Of a stretch of 41,929 nt of DNA, positions 17,616 through 27,381 are shown one piece after another. The DNA comes from a virus (lineage: Duplodnaviria; Caudoviricetes). How positions within the stretch are numbered: the stretch's first letter is position 1; the number at the start of each line of letters is the position of its first letter. The stretch is from IMG/VR virus record IMGVR_UViG_3300014613_000623, positions 1-41,929 of that record. One strand, given 5' to 3'. Below the pieces are notes generated by a model, which made no database searches, was not told the DNA's origin, and saw nothing but the letters and a program-made list of their open reading frames with translations. A program made the translations under genes and the position numbers.

Positions 17616-17911
17616 CAAACGAAACGAAACCAATCGCTATCATCATCCGCAAGTTAAGTAAACCGAATTGCCGTCCGTGCGCGGCGCTATCATACGCACT
17701 AGCCGATATTGACGCTCAATTAACGGAAGCCAACGCGTATGTCACGGAACACGACATCGAAGTTGAGAACGGACTGATACGTAAATACGGCATTACAAGC
17801 GTGCCGGTACTTATTTTCGAGCGCAGCGGTGCGGAAATCACGCGCTTAAACGGATTAGTCAGCACGGCGGAGATATTAGATGCCGTAGAATATGCGAAGG
17901 TTGCTCGATGA
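17612..17911 (+). CDS. Thioredoxin-like protein
   Basis: CRPC; YGITSVP. Confidence 0.85.
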   Translation: MTNETKPIAIIIRKLSKPNCRPCAALSYALADIDAQLTEANAYVTEHDIEVENGLIRKYGITSVPVLIFERSGAEITRLNGLVSTAEILDAVEYAKVAR

Positions 17912-18102
17912 TAGGCGCCTTCATACTCGCCTTCCCAGTAGCTGCTATCGTATGGTCGACCGCTAATCACTACGGTTATGAATTGCCGTACGCACAAGCG
18001 GTCGTCTACGTATTAGTAGCGAAAGTCACCGCGATGTACTTAAAGAACGATACGAACGTTAGCTTGACGGTTGTTAAAGCTGAGGAGGCGGAGGATGGTT
18101 AA
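17908..18102 (+). CDS. Small membrane protein
   Basis: Two hydrophobic segments; ATGA coupling. Confidence 0.55.
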   Translation: MIGAFILAFPVAAIVWSTANHYGYELPYAQAVVYVLVAKVTAMYLKNDTNVSLTVVKAEEAEDG

Positions 18103-18859
18103 ACAATTACTCGGAGAAATTGAGTTAAATCGTATTTACCAACGTGACTGCCTCGAAGGTATGCGGATGATCCCGGACGACACAATCGATATGATTTTAT
18201 GCGATTTACCTTACGGAACCACGCGTAATAAATGGGATACAGTTATACCGTTTGAACCTCTATGGGAACAGTACGCTCGCGTAATAAAAGATAACGGTGC
18301 AATCGTGTTATTTAGCCACGGTTTATTTTCAGCAAAGCTGCAGCTATCAAAAGAAAAATGGTGGCGTTACGATTTAGAGTGGGAAAAGGATAGACCAACG
18401 GGATTCCTTAATGCAAAAAAGATGCCACTTCGTTCACACGAAGATATACAAGTGTTCTATAAAAAACTTCCTGTTTACAACCCACAAATGAGTGTAGGTA
18501 AGCCGTTGCATAGCAAAGGTAGTTCTTATTTGATAAAACCTGCAGTTAATAATAATTACGGAAAATTTGAAGTAACTGATGATTCGCGTAAAGGAAATAC
18601 CGAAAAGTATCCGAGGAGCATTCTGAAGTTCAAGCGTCCTCACCCACCAATCCACCCAACACAAAAACCGGTAGAATTATTTGAGTATCTAATTAAAACA
18701 TATACAAATGAAGGTGATATAGTCCTTGATAATTGCATGGGCAGCGGAACGACCGCAATAGCTGCAGTTAGAAGTAACCGAAACTTTATCGGATTTGAAT
18801 TAGAACGCGAATATGTAGAAATCGCTAATCAACGGTTAGACAACGAAAAGGGGCGGTAA
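18095..18859 (+). CDS. N4-C/N6-A DNA methyltransferase, beta class (copy 1)
   Basis: DLPY, HPTQKP, DNCMGSGTT. Confidence 0.9.
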   Translation: MVKQLLGEIELNRIYQRDCLEGMRMIPDDTIDMILCDLPYGTTRNKWDTVIPFEPLWEQYARVIKDNGAIVLFSHGLFSAKLQLSKEKWWRYDLEWEKDRPTGFLNAKKMPLRSHEDIQVFYKKLPVYNPQMSVGKPLHSKGSSYLIKPAVNNNYGKFEVTDDSRKGNTEKYPRSILKFKRPHPPIHPTQKPVELFEYLIKTYTNEGDIVLDNCMGSGTTAIAAVRSNRNFIGFELEREYVEIANQRLDNEKGR

Positions 18860-18860
18860 T

Positions 18861-19889
18861 TTGACGGAATCAAAAAACGCAATCGACGCATTATACGGAA
18901 ACGAATCGGACTTATCCGCAGAAATCGAACGTAATCTAATCGCCATGTTAGAGGAGCATTACGCGTTACCCGAAACGTATGACAACGATCTTGATGCGCA
19001 AATACACGCATGGTACGCAAATCCTCCGAAAGTGTTTCCTAAGAAACCGTACTTCTCACCATCGTCATTAGGCGCTGATAACCGCGAATTGTACCTCAAG
19101 GCGAAAGGCGCTAAGAAAGACGGATTCAAACGTCCTCCGCATCAAGGACGCTGGCAGTCGATAGGTACGGCGATAGGTGACGTCATACAACGCGACATAC
19201 TGTTCATCGAACGCAACTTTCCGAAGCTAGTCGGCAAGCAACCGCGTTTTAAATTCCTACGTAATGATAACGGCTTACCGCTATTCGAGGACTTCGCTAA
19301 GACGAATAAACTCGTAGAATACGGAGGTGAGTCGTTCTACTTATTCGGAGCGCCGGACGGGATTATGTCGTATGTGACGGAAGATGGCGAAACGATACGC
19401 GTCGGACTCGAAGTAAAGTCGAAGCAAGGAACGCCCGCTAAGACGTCGCATTACTCGATGAAAGAGGCGGACGCTAAACACGTTAAACAGACGGTTGCAT
19501 ACGCGGAAATGTTCGACTGCGATTATTACGTAGTTCTTTACGTTAACGCTGCGAAACAATCGTGGGCTATGACGGACGAGCAATACGCTAAGACGCCGGA
19601 CATTCGAGCGTTCTGCCAGCGAATCACCGACGAAATGAAGGAGGAAGTATTCGAACAACCTGCGTATATTACGCGTTCTGTCCGTGAGAATACGCCACCA
19701 CCGCTAGACCTCGATAAATTCACGTTCAATAATTTTAAGACAGCGTGCGCACTATCTTTAACCGACGAAGAATATGCCGAATTGGAAACACAAGTTGACA
19801 CGGTAATAAAATCAAGTCTACCGGATAGGGTTAAGCGTGACTATCGCGATGCACTCGAATTCATAAAAGGTGTTCGATTAAATGCGTAG
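18861..19889 (+). CDS. PD-(D/E)XK exonuclease (recombination)
   Basis: FSPSS, GTAIGD, GAPDG, LEVKS, Q..AY. Confidence 0.75.
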   Translation: MTESKNAIDALYGNESDLSAEIERNLIAMLEEHYALPETYDNDLDAQIHAWYANPPKVFPKKPYFSPSSLGADNRELYLKAKGAKKDGFKRPPHQGRWQSIGTAIGDVIQRDILFIERNFPKLVGKQPRFKFLRNDNGLPLFEDFAKTNKLVEYGGESFYLFGAPDGIMSYVTEDGETIRVGLEVKSKQGTPAKTSHYSMKEADAKHVKQTVAYAEMFDCDYYVVLYVNAAKQSWAMTDEQYAKTPDIRAFCQRITDEMKEEVFEQPAYITRSVRENTPPPLDLDKFTFNNFKTACALSLTDEEYAELETQVDTVIKSSLPDRVKRDYRDALEFIKGVRLNA

Positions 19890-20319
19890 TGTCGAGGAAC
19901 GCTTTTGGGAAAAAGTCGATAAAGGCGTAGCCGACGGGTGTTGGAATTGGACTGGAGCATTAACTAGCAGCGGATACGGTAATTTCGGCATAAACCGTGT
20001 GAATTTCATCGCTCATAGACTCTCGTATGAGTGGTTAGTAGGTGAAATAAAAGAGAATTTAGACTTAGACCACTTATGTAGGAATCGCAGATGCGTTAAT
20101 CCAAATCACTTAGAACCTGTGACAAGAAGAGTAAATTTATTAAGGGGAAATACAATCCCAGCCGAACACTCCAAGAAAACACATTGTCCTCAAGGTCATG
20201 CGTACACGAAAGAAAACACATACATTTACCCCAAAACAAACTCAAGATATTGCCGTATTTGTAGAGCGAAATATTCCAATAGATCATACCACAAAAAGGC
20301 TAATGGAGGCGGTCATTAA
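19882..20319 (+). CDS. HNH homing endonuclease with C-terminal Zn finger
   Basis: RFWEKV...CWNWTG, AHR.SY, DHLCRNRRCVNPNHLE, KTHCPQGH...CRIC. Confidence 0.9.
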   Translation: MRSVEERFWEKVDKGVADGCWNWTGALTSSGYGNFGINRVNFIAHRLSYEWLVGEIKENLDLDHLCRNRRCVNPNHLEPVTRRVNLLRGNTIPAEHSKKTHCPQGHAYTKENTYIYPKTNSRYCRICRAKYSNRSYHKKANGGGH

Positions 20320-21122
20320 TGGCGAAGTATAAAACGGAGAAACGCAAGGCTAACGTAGGCGAACGTATTCTGATTACTAACGCAGGTACTACGATGGGCG
20401 ATTACGCTAACGGCGATATATTCACGGTTAAAGCCCGTAACAGTTCAAGCGTTCGCGCATTAGAAAAGTTAGCAAACGGACAATATCGCGTATACATCAA
20501 CGACGAAGAATACGAAGTCATCGTCGAGCAACCGAAGCCGACTAAAAACGCTCGTATCAGCGCACTCGAAACGGAAGTCGCCGAACTTAGATCGGAAGTC
20601 GAAGCGTTGAAGCAGGCGAAGAAGCCGAAGTATACGCTTGACGATTTATTAGCGAAGTATCCTACGTCTAACCAACGACGTGCTGACGTGATTAAGCGTG
20701 CGAAGGAGTTTGTTAACGCGAGAAGTTATATTCCTGAATACACGATATCATTCGTAGAAAACTCGGAGAAACGAACGGTAGTCGCGTTAATCCGCCCTGA
20801 CTTTGACGAGGTAGTTATCCGTAAAGGAATCGCCAAATGCGACCCGGACGACGTATTCAACGCTGACATCGGAAAGGCTATCGCATTAGCACGGGCGCTC
20901 GGCGTTGAGGTTCCGACTGAATTCGTTAAGGCGGTTCAGCCTACGGAGGTTGTCGTGGGGCATCGTTTTGAAATTACGAATAAACGGTGGAGAACGGGTG
21001 ATACCGGTAAAGTTACGAAACTAGCGAAACAATATAACGGATTTTTCCACGATATTATGAGCGGGTATATTCGTAATGACGAAGCGAAAATAACAGACGA
21101 CACCGACGCGGTATACGAATGA
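20319..21122 (+). CDS. Conserved multidomain phage hypothetical protein
   Basis: KRKANVGERI N-terminus, coiled coil, GIAKCDPDDVFN..IGKAIAL.RA. Confidence 0.75.
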   Translation: MAKYKTEKRKANVGERILITNAGTTMGDYANGDIFTVKARNSSSVRALEKLANGQYRVYINDEEYEVIVEQPKPTKNARISALETEVAELRSEVEALKQAKKPKYTLDDLLAKYPTSNQRRADVIKRAKEFVNARSYIPEYTISFVENSEKRTVVALIRPDFDEVVIRKGIAKCDPDDVFNADIGKAIALARALGVEVPTEFVKAVQPTEVVVGHRFEITNKRWRTGDTGKVTKLAKQYNGFFHDIMSGYIRNDEAKITDDTDAVYE

Positions 21123-21625
21123 GAATACTCGCGATAGACATATCGGCGTCACCGGGATTCGCGGTACTCGACGTTAAGACGTTAAAGACGGGCGTCCGCG
21201 TTAGCTTAGTCCACGTTGATAGCGTTAAGACTTCGACGGAAACAACCGATAGCCAACGTTACGCATATATCGAGGCGAAGACGGTGCAAGTCGTTCATGA
21301 ATACGGACCATTCGACGCAGTATGTCGCGAACACTTTACGAAGGGTAGGTCGAAGAGGGCGACGCAACTCGTATTCGGATCGTGGGCAGCGGTCGATAGC
21401 GCACTCGGACGTTACGGCTACGAAATTAAAGTAGATAACGAATTCAGTCCGTCAGCCGTGAAGAAGGCGGCTACTGGCAACGGGAAAGCCGATAAGACGG
21501 AAGTTGAGGCAGGCGTGAGGCAATGCTTGAAACTGGCGGACACATTTACGTTTAAGACGGACGACGAGAGCGATGCCGTGGCGGTGGCATTAGCGTATCT
21601 ATTAAAGGAAGGCGTGATTACGTAA
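21119..21625 (+). CDS. ruvC: RuvC-like Holliday junction resolvase
   Basis: ILAID, E, P..VKK..TGNGKADK, DDESDA. Confidence 0.85.
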   Translation: MRILAIDISASPGFAVLDVKTLKTGVRVSLVHVDSVKTSTETTDSQRYAYIEAKTVQVVHEYGPFDAVCREHFTKGRSKRATQLVFGSWAAVDSALGRYGYEIKVDNEFSPSAVKKAATGNGKADKTEVEAGVRQCLKLADTFTFKTDDESDAVAVALAYLLKEGVIT

Positions 21626-21804
21626 TGAACGAATACGACTACGATAAATTCCGCAATACCTTAACGGAACACAAGACGGAAATCAGACGCGATATCAAGC
21701 GTACTGAACGCAGGCTAGCGGAATTATACGAGGAATTAGAAAAGGCACAGACGGCGATTGATAACGTTGAGCGTGAGCATATGCGTAGTAACGATAAATA
21801 TTAA
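21625..21804 (+). CDS. Small coiled-coil protein (59 aa)
   Basis: TAATG coupling; fills the gap before the RNR gene. Confidence 0.55.
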   Translation: MNEYDYDKFRNTLTEHKTEIRRDIKRTERRLAELYEELEKAQTAIDNVEREHMRSNDKY

Positions 21805-21831
21805 CGTAGATAAACGAAGGGGAGCGATTAT

Positions 21832-24147
21832 TTGACGGCAACTAAAACGATGAAACTTAACGAGGACTTCTTAACGCAGTACCGCAACAAACAACCGAAA
21901 TGGGGATTCGGAGGACTCGGCTACATCGTGTACCTTCGCACATATTCACGTAAAAAAGCGGACGGCACTTTAGAACGATGGGACGAAACGGTGCAACGTA
22001 TTACCGAAGGTAACTTCGAAATTGAAGCGAAACGCCTCCGTGAAATCGGTAAGTTTACACCGCAAGCGCACGCTGATTTAACCGAAGAAATGGAACGCTT
22101 TTACCACCTCGTATTTAACCTCGTAATGACACCGCCGGGTCGCGGTCTTTGGATGTCCGGTACAGAATACGCCGAACGCGTAGGCGATGCGGAGAATAAC
22201 TGTTGGGGCGTTTCGATGCGACCACAATCGTATACAAGCGGTGAAGCACCTCGCGTCAGCTTTGCGCCCGTATTTACCTTCGATCAAGCGATGAAAGGCG
22301 GAGGCGTCGGAATCAACGTTCAGCGTAAATACGTGAACCAAGTACCGAAAGTTGAGAACGCGCTAGACTTAACGATTGTTTGCGACAGCGATCATAACGA
22401 CTATGAATCGGAACTAATCGAACTAGGAGTTTCAGACGAATTTAATCCGAAAGGAACACTTCACGTAGCAGACTCACGCGAAGGATGGGCGACTGCACTC
22501 GGTAAAGTACTCGACGCACATTACGAAGGTGTCACCGAATTAGTCATCGACATTAGCGATATCCGACCGCGTGGCGCTGCGATTAAAGGTTTCGGCGGAG
22601 AAGCGAGTGGTCCAGCACCGTTAGTTACGATGCTACAACGTGTCAATACGATTCTAAATAGACGCGTAAATGATTACGTAACGCCTACTGAATGGGGCGA
22701 CGTGGTTCAGCTAATCGGAACTTGCGTAGTAGCCGGAAATGTCCGACGTACAGCGTTAATTCTAATCGGCGACCAACACGACAAGGAATTCGTCGAGTCG
22801 AAGAATTACTCGCTACCGCAGAACTTAGAGGCGTCGCAATGGCGCTGGGCTTCGAATAATAGCGTAGACATCGGCGTCAAGACTGACCGCGATACGCTAC
22901 GTAATCTAGCCGTTAACATCTATTACAACGGTGAGCCGGGTTATGTATCGACGGAGTTAGCACGTAATTACGGACGGATCGTTGACGGATTCAGCGAAGA
23001 TATTGACGGCGAAGTCGAGGTATTTAACCCATGCGGAGAGATAACATTACCAAACGCTTCACCGTGTAACTTATTCGAAATTAACTTACCGCGTATTCAA
23101 CAGTTAATTGACGCAGGAGTCGAAGGCGAATCGCTTTATTTCGAAGCTGCGTACTTAGCGACTCGGTACGCATACCGCATAACGTTCAGACATTACGAAT
23201 GGGAAGCGACACGCGACGTAGTTAGCCGTCACAGACGTCTAGGCGTAGGCATTACGGGGATTACCGATTGGGTACTGTTGAAATTCGGTCAGAAAGCGAT
23301 AATTGGATTCGACGCGGAAGGCAACGCAGTATTTAACGATGAAGTCGGTCAAGCGTTAGACGAATTGTACGGAGAAGTACGAGCGACGAACGTTGAGCAA
23401 GCTGAGCAATTAGACGCTAATCCTTCGATTAAAGTAACAACGGTCAAGCCTAGTGGTACAGTATCGTTGCTCATGGGATCGTCGCCCGGTATGCACTATC
23501 ATTGGTCAGCGTATATGATTCGCAGAATACGAATGTCAGCGACGGCACCGCTAGTTCCGGTACTTATGGAGTGTGGTTATAAAATCGAGCCAGCGGTAAA
23601 AGGATTCAACGAAGACGGCTCGCATAAATACGATTACAATACGGTCGTTGTCGAGTTCCCTACGAAAGCACCGACGGCAGAACACGCGGAATTCCAATCG
23701 GCGGGCGACGTGCCATTACGCGAGCAAGCTGCTTTACAAGCGTTATTAGCTACGTATTGGTCGGACAATGCCGTAAGTGCTACGTTATCATTCCGCAAAG
23801 CACAGGCGAAGCAGACGTTCTTCGAAGACGGATCGGTGCTACTCGATAAATTCGGTAATCCGCAACTGACGGTAGATAAGCGTGAGGAAGACGATATCAT
23901 CGACGAAATTACCGACTTACTCGACCGTTATAAAGGCGTAATTAAATCGACATCGTTATTGCCGTATGCAACCGACACGTATCCGCAGATGCCATACGAA
24001 TCAATTACCGAAGAACGTTATCACGCGATGGTCGCAAAACTGACGGCTAAGCCGTGGGAACTAATCGACGGTGACGTTAAGGCGGAAGACGAAGATACGA
24101 CGGATTACAGTGGCGAATGTGTAGGCGGTTCATGTCCGCTGAAATAG
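21832..24147 (+). CDS. nrdJ: Class II (adenosylcobalamin-dependent) ribonucleotide reductase
   Basis: RTYSR, PPGRGLW, NNC, VVAGNVRR, NPCGE, TVKPSGT, C-terminal CVGGSCP; no beta-subunit gene nearby. Confidence 0.92.
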   Translation: MTATKTMKLNEDFLTQYRNKQPKWGFGGLGYIVYLRTYSRKKADGTLERWDETVQRITEGNFEIEAKRLREIGKFTPQAHADLTEEMERFYHLVFNLVMTPPGRGLWMSGTEYAERVGDAENNCWGVSMRPQSYTSGEAPRVSFAPVFTFDQAMKGGGVGINVQRKYVNQVPKVENALDLTIVCDSDHNDYESELIELGVSDEFNPKGTLHVADSREGWATALGKVLDAHYEGVTELVIDISDIRPRGAAIKGFGGEASGPAPLVTMLQRVNTILNRRVNDYVTPTEWGDVVQLIGTCVVAGNVRRTALILIGDQHDKEFVESKNYSLPQNLEASQWRWASNNSVDIGVKTDRDTLRNLAVNIYYNGEPGYVSTELARNYGRIVDGFSEDIDGEVEVFNPCGEITLPNASPCNLFEINLPRIQQLIDAGVEGESLYFEAAYLATRYAYRITFRHYEWEATRDVVSRHRRLGVGITGITDWVLLKFGQKAIIGFDAEGNAVFNDEVGQALDELYGEVRATNVEQAEQLDANPSIKVTTVKPSGTVSLLMGSSPGMHYHWSAYMIRRIRMSATAPLVPVLMECGYKIEPAVKGFNEDGSHKYDYNTVVVEFPTKAPTAEHAEFQSAGDVPLREQAALQALLATYWSDNAVSATLSFRKAQAKQTFFEDGSVLLDKFGNPQLTVDKREEDDIIDEITDLLDRYKGVIKSTSLLPYATDTYPQMPYESITEERYHAMVAKLTAKPWELIDGDVKAEDEDTTDYSGECVGGSCPLK

Positions 24148-24165
24148 AAACGGAGGTCAACGTAT

Positions 24166-24315
24166 ATGAACGTAGAACATCCCGATATAACCAACGCAAT
24201 CCTAACCGGATATCCTCGCGGAAATGAACCTCCGCGGGTTGTCCGTTGGTTAGCGCAGGAAGTACGACATGAGGACGCGTTTCCGTACGTAATTGACGAA
24301 AGGGAGGAAAACTAA
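24166..24315 (+). CDS. Small hypothetical protein (49 aa)
   Basis: GGAGG RBS; EHPDIT...TGYP. Confidence 0.55.
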   Translation: MNVEHPDITNAILTGYPRGNEPPRVVRWLAQEVRHEDAFPYVIDEREEN

Positions 24316-24968
24316 TGCCGTTACCAACGAATAACCTACTGTTCGGATTTGAGCCGAAACTTACGAGTGAGCAGCGTGTGTACGTCGATTCAATCTTCGA
24401 TAATCAGCTTACGATTGTCAACGCGAAGGCGGGATCGGGAAAAACTACGTTAGCAGTCGCAGTCGCACGTTTGATAGGAAAGCCGTTAGTCTATATCTTC
24501 TCGCCAGTCGAGGAAGGGCGTATGGGATTCCGACCGGGATCGCAACAAGATAAAGAAGGCGAATACTTGCAACCGCTAATTGACGCACTACTCGAAATTG
24601 GCGAAGTACCATCGAAGTCAATACTCGATAGCGAGAATATGGACGCCATGAAAAACGGTCACGTTTGGGTATATCCGAAATCACACATTTTCGCAAGAGG
24701 TACGAATATTAAAGGCTCGACCGTAATTATCGCGGAAGCACAGAATTACACACGTAACGAATTAAAGAAAGTGTTAACGCGTATTCACGACGATTGCACT
24801 GTTATTCTCGAAGGACACGTCGGTCAATGCGATTTACCTAATCCGAATAAGAGTGGATTCGCGCCGTATATTGAACACTTCCGCGATGAACCATACGCGC
24901 AAATCTGCGAGTTAAACGTAAACTTCCGAGGAAGACTCGCTACTCGAGCGGATGAACTATCTTGGTAA
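24315..24968 (+). CDS. phoH: PhoH-family ATPase
   Basis: AKAGSGKT, GFRPG, RGT, EAQN, LTR, Q.D. Confidence 0.9.
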   Translation: MPLPTNNLLFGFEPKLTSEQRVYVDSIFDNQLTIVNAKAGSGKTTLAVAVARLIGKPLVYIFSPVEEGRMGFRPGSQQDKEGEYLQPLIDALLEIGEVPSKSILDSENMDAMKNGHVWVYPKSHIFARGTNIKGSTVIIAEAQNYTRNELKKVLTRIHDDCTVILEGHVGQCDLPNPNKSGFAPYIEHFRDEPYAQICELNVNFRGRLATRADELSW

Positions 24969-25468
24969 AATACATCACTTTATCGAATGGACGCGAATGC
25001 CTAGTCGATGATGACGATTTTGAATATCTATCTAAAACTAAATGGCACGATGATTCCCGCGGGTACGCAATAAGAGGTGCCGTACGTGAAGACGGTGTTC
25101 GTACAACTGAAAAGATGCACCGTATAATCATTAATGCTGAAAAAGGTAAGCTAGTCGATCATATTAACGGATTACCATGGGACAACAGAAAAGAGAATCT
25201 GCGGATAGTAACTGACACGCAGAACGCTAGAAATACGAAAATGTATAACACAAATAAATCAGGCTATAAAGGTGTGGCGGTTTATAACGGTAAGAAGTGG
25301 ACAGCGCAAATAACGGTTAATTATCGGAAACTTCACCTCGGCGTATTCGAAGATGCGAAGGTGGCTGCGGAAGTATATAACGATGCCGCGGTCGAACATT
25401 TCGGAGAATACGCGAAGCTAAACTTATTGAGCGATATTGCAAGACACGCGGATAAATTACCGGATTAA
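24962..25468 (+). CDS. HNH/AP2 homing endonuclease
   Basis: LVDDDD, MHR, VDHING...DNRKENLR, SGYKGV, W.AQI, LG.F. Confidence 0.9.
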   Translation: MVKYITLSNGRECLVDDDDFEYLSKTKWHDDSRGYAIRGAVREDGVRTTEKMHRIIINAEKGKLVDHINGLPWDNRKENLRIVTDTQNARNTKMYNTNKSGYKGVAVYNGKKWTAQITVNYRKLHLGVFEDAKVAAEVYNDAAVEHFGEYAKLNLLSDIARHADKLPD

Positions 25469-25484
25469 GAAAGGGGCGCTATCC

Positions 25485-25730
25485 ATGCGTAAATACACCG
25501 TAGGCATCAACGTTAACCATATCGACGAACTCACGGGAATGGGCGCTAAAGTCACGGCATTCCTCGCGGACATTGGCGACGGCGACCTCGATTTACAGCT
25601 GATGGTCAATCCGCATGGTAACGAATTTATAGAAACGAATGTTATCGGATTTAACTACGAGCCGGACGTTGAGGACGACGAGGAATATTACGAAGATTAC
25701 GATGATGAAACGGAGGACGACGAAGTATGA
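25485..25730 (+). CDS. Hypothetical protein with acidic tail
   Basis: AAGGGG RBS before ATG 25485. Confidence 0.6.
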   Translation: MRKYTVGINVNHIDELTGMGAKVTAFLADIGDGDLDLQLMVNPHGNEFIETNVIGFNYEPDVEDDEEYYEDYDDETEDDEV

Positions 25731-25885
25731 AAGTCAGCGAATTAATAGCGGAGTTAAAGGAATATGACAAGGATTCCGTAGTAATGGTCACGGTTGACGG
25801 TTCGGACTATAACAACGTTAGTAAAACGGAACTGAACGAAGTAACCCACGGATTTAAAATCGTTTCAATAAACGGCTACTACTAG
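25727..25885 (+). CDS. Small hypothetical protein (52 aa)
   Basis: GGAGG RBS; MKVSELIAELKEYD. Confidence 0.6.
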   Translation: MKVSELIAELKEYDKDSVVMVTVDGSDYNNVSKTELNEVTHGFKIVSINGYY

Positions 25886-25896
25886 GAGGACGACGA

Positions 25897-26340
25897 ATGA
25901 ATAACGTAAACGAACGGGACATCGAATTGAAACGCTTCTTTAAGGAAATGCCGAAGGGGGTTCCGTCGACACAGGCGGATATCCTCACGGAAATGTACGA
26001 AATGCAGCGCGACCTTGACTATCGGATTATTAACGAAAGACGCGTCGATAAGACGGTCGACGAATGGGTCATCGGATTAACTATCGCAATGGAATCGGAG
26101 ATAGACGAAATCAGACGCGAGGTTAATTGGAAATGGTGGAAGAATCCGAAGCCAGTCGATAAGCCAGCGCTACAAGGCGAGGTCATCGACATGTGGCACT
26201 TCTTACTAGCGTTGTCACGCGAAGTCGGCTTGTCACCTACGGATATTCACCGCTTATATATGGGTAAGAACGCGGAGAATCACGCTAGGCAGAACGGTGA
26301 GAGCGATAAGGAAGGATACGAGGTGACTACGAATGAATAA
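25897..26340 (+). CDS. Dimeric (all-alpha) dUTPase
   Basis: EIDE, WKWWK, EVIDMWHF, Y..KN.EN..RQ. Confidence 0.88.
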   Translation: MNNVNERDIELKRFFKEMPKGVPSTQADILTEMYEMQRDLDYRIINERRVDKTVDEWVIGLTIAMESEIDEIRREVNWKWWKNPKPVDKPALQGEVIDMWHFLLALSREVGLSPTDIHRLYMGKNAENHARQNGESDKEGYEVTTNE

Positions 26341-26470
26341 ATACAGCGCAATGGTTACGCATAACGCTCTAATAATTACGTTAACGTTTTTCGCTCTACT
26401 AATTACCGGTAGTTTATGGTCGGTATTAATACTATTTTTCAACGTAAAAGTATCGAAGGAGGACGACTAA
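26333..26470 (+). CDS. Small membrane protein (45 aa)
   Basis: GAGGTG RBS; hydrophobic core. Confidence 0.5.
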   Translation: MNKYSAMVTHNALIITLTFFALLITGSLWSVLILFFNVKVSKEDD

Positions 26471-26658
26471 TGGAAACGTTATTCTGCGTATTGATAGACG
26501 GGAATGTATATAACGGACAATGCGGTGTGAGGACGTACAAGACGTATGACTCAGCGTATAAGAATACACGGCGCTATGCTCGAAATAGCAGGACGGTTGA
26601 AATCGTAGAAATGGCGGTTATTAACGTAACAGACGCAAGTCATAAGGAGGACGAATAA
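26470..26658 (+). CDS. Hypothetical protein
   Basis: AAGGAGG RBS before ATG 26470. Confidence 0.6.
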   Translation: METLFCVLIDGNVYNGQCGVRTYKTYDSAYKNTRRYARNSRTVEIVEMAVINVTDASHKEDE

Positions 26659-27381
26659 TTGACGGAAAAGATAACGGTATTAAATAACGGATATGTACGA
26701 TTAGTCGATAAATTAGGCGGAGATATTACCACGGTGAACTCCGCCCGTGTATCGATGGATAAGGCGACTGACGTAATGCGACCGCAAGACGAGCGCCTAG
26801 TCGGATACCTCGCTAAACACGATCATACGTCGCCGAGTCGTCATGGCGTAATGCAATTCGAAATACTCGCGCCTTTGATGATAGCGCGTCAGTGGATGAA
26901 ATACGTAGTTGGCAGCGTTCATCAAGACCCGTTATTCGCGTGGAATGAATCGTCTAGGCGTTATGTTACGGAAGAACCGCAATTCTACTTACCGAAACCG
27001 GAAGAATGGCGTAGCAAGTCGGCGGACGTTAAGCAAGGCAGCGGAGAGCCTGCCGATAATCTAATCGGAATTAAACATACGAAACGACTACGCGAAACTA
27101 TCCATCGTGGCGTTATCAACTACGAGCAAGCGATGGAAGACGGCATTTGCGCCGAGCAAGCGCGTCTATACTTACCGGCATACGGATTAATGGTGCGTTG
27201 GTATTGGACGGCGAGCGTTCAGTCGGTATCACACATGATTAACCAACGTGTCGCACCTGAGTCACAATACGAATTTCAGTTATACGCAAAGGCGGTTCAC
27301 ACGTTAGCAACCGAACATTTTCCGTTAAGCGTATCGGCACTAACGAAGGGAGCGATTACATCCGAAATCAACGAAAACTAA
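26659..27381 (+). CDS. thyX: FAD-dependent thymidylate synthase
   Basis: NSARVS, H.SP, NESSRRY, EQAR..LP, Q.E...YA. Confidence 0.9.
   Translation: MTEKITVLNNGYVRLVDKLGGDITTVNSARVSMDKATDVMRPQDERLVGYLAKHDHTSPSRHGVMQFEILAPLMIARQWMKYVVGSVHQDPLFAWNESSRRYVTEEPQFYLPKPEEWRSKSADVKQGSGEPADNLIGIKHTKRLRETIHRGVINYEQAMEDGICAEQARLYLPAYGLMVRWYWTASVQSVSHMINQRVAPESQYEFQLYAKAVHTLATEHFPLSVSALTKGAITSEINEN

Noticed and set aside
18095-20319. Type II restriction-modification pair (MTase plus adjacent nucleases)
   Set aside because: The neighbours look like a phage recombination exonuclease and a homing HNH, not a restriction enzyme.
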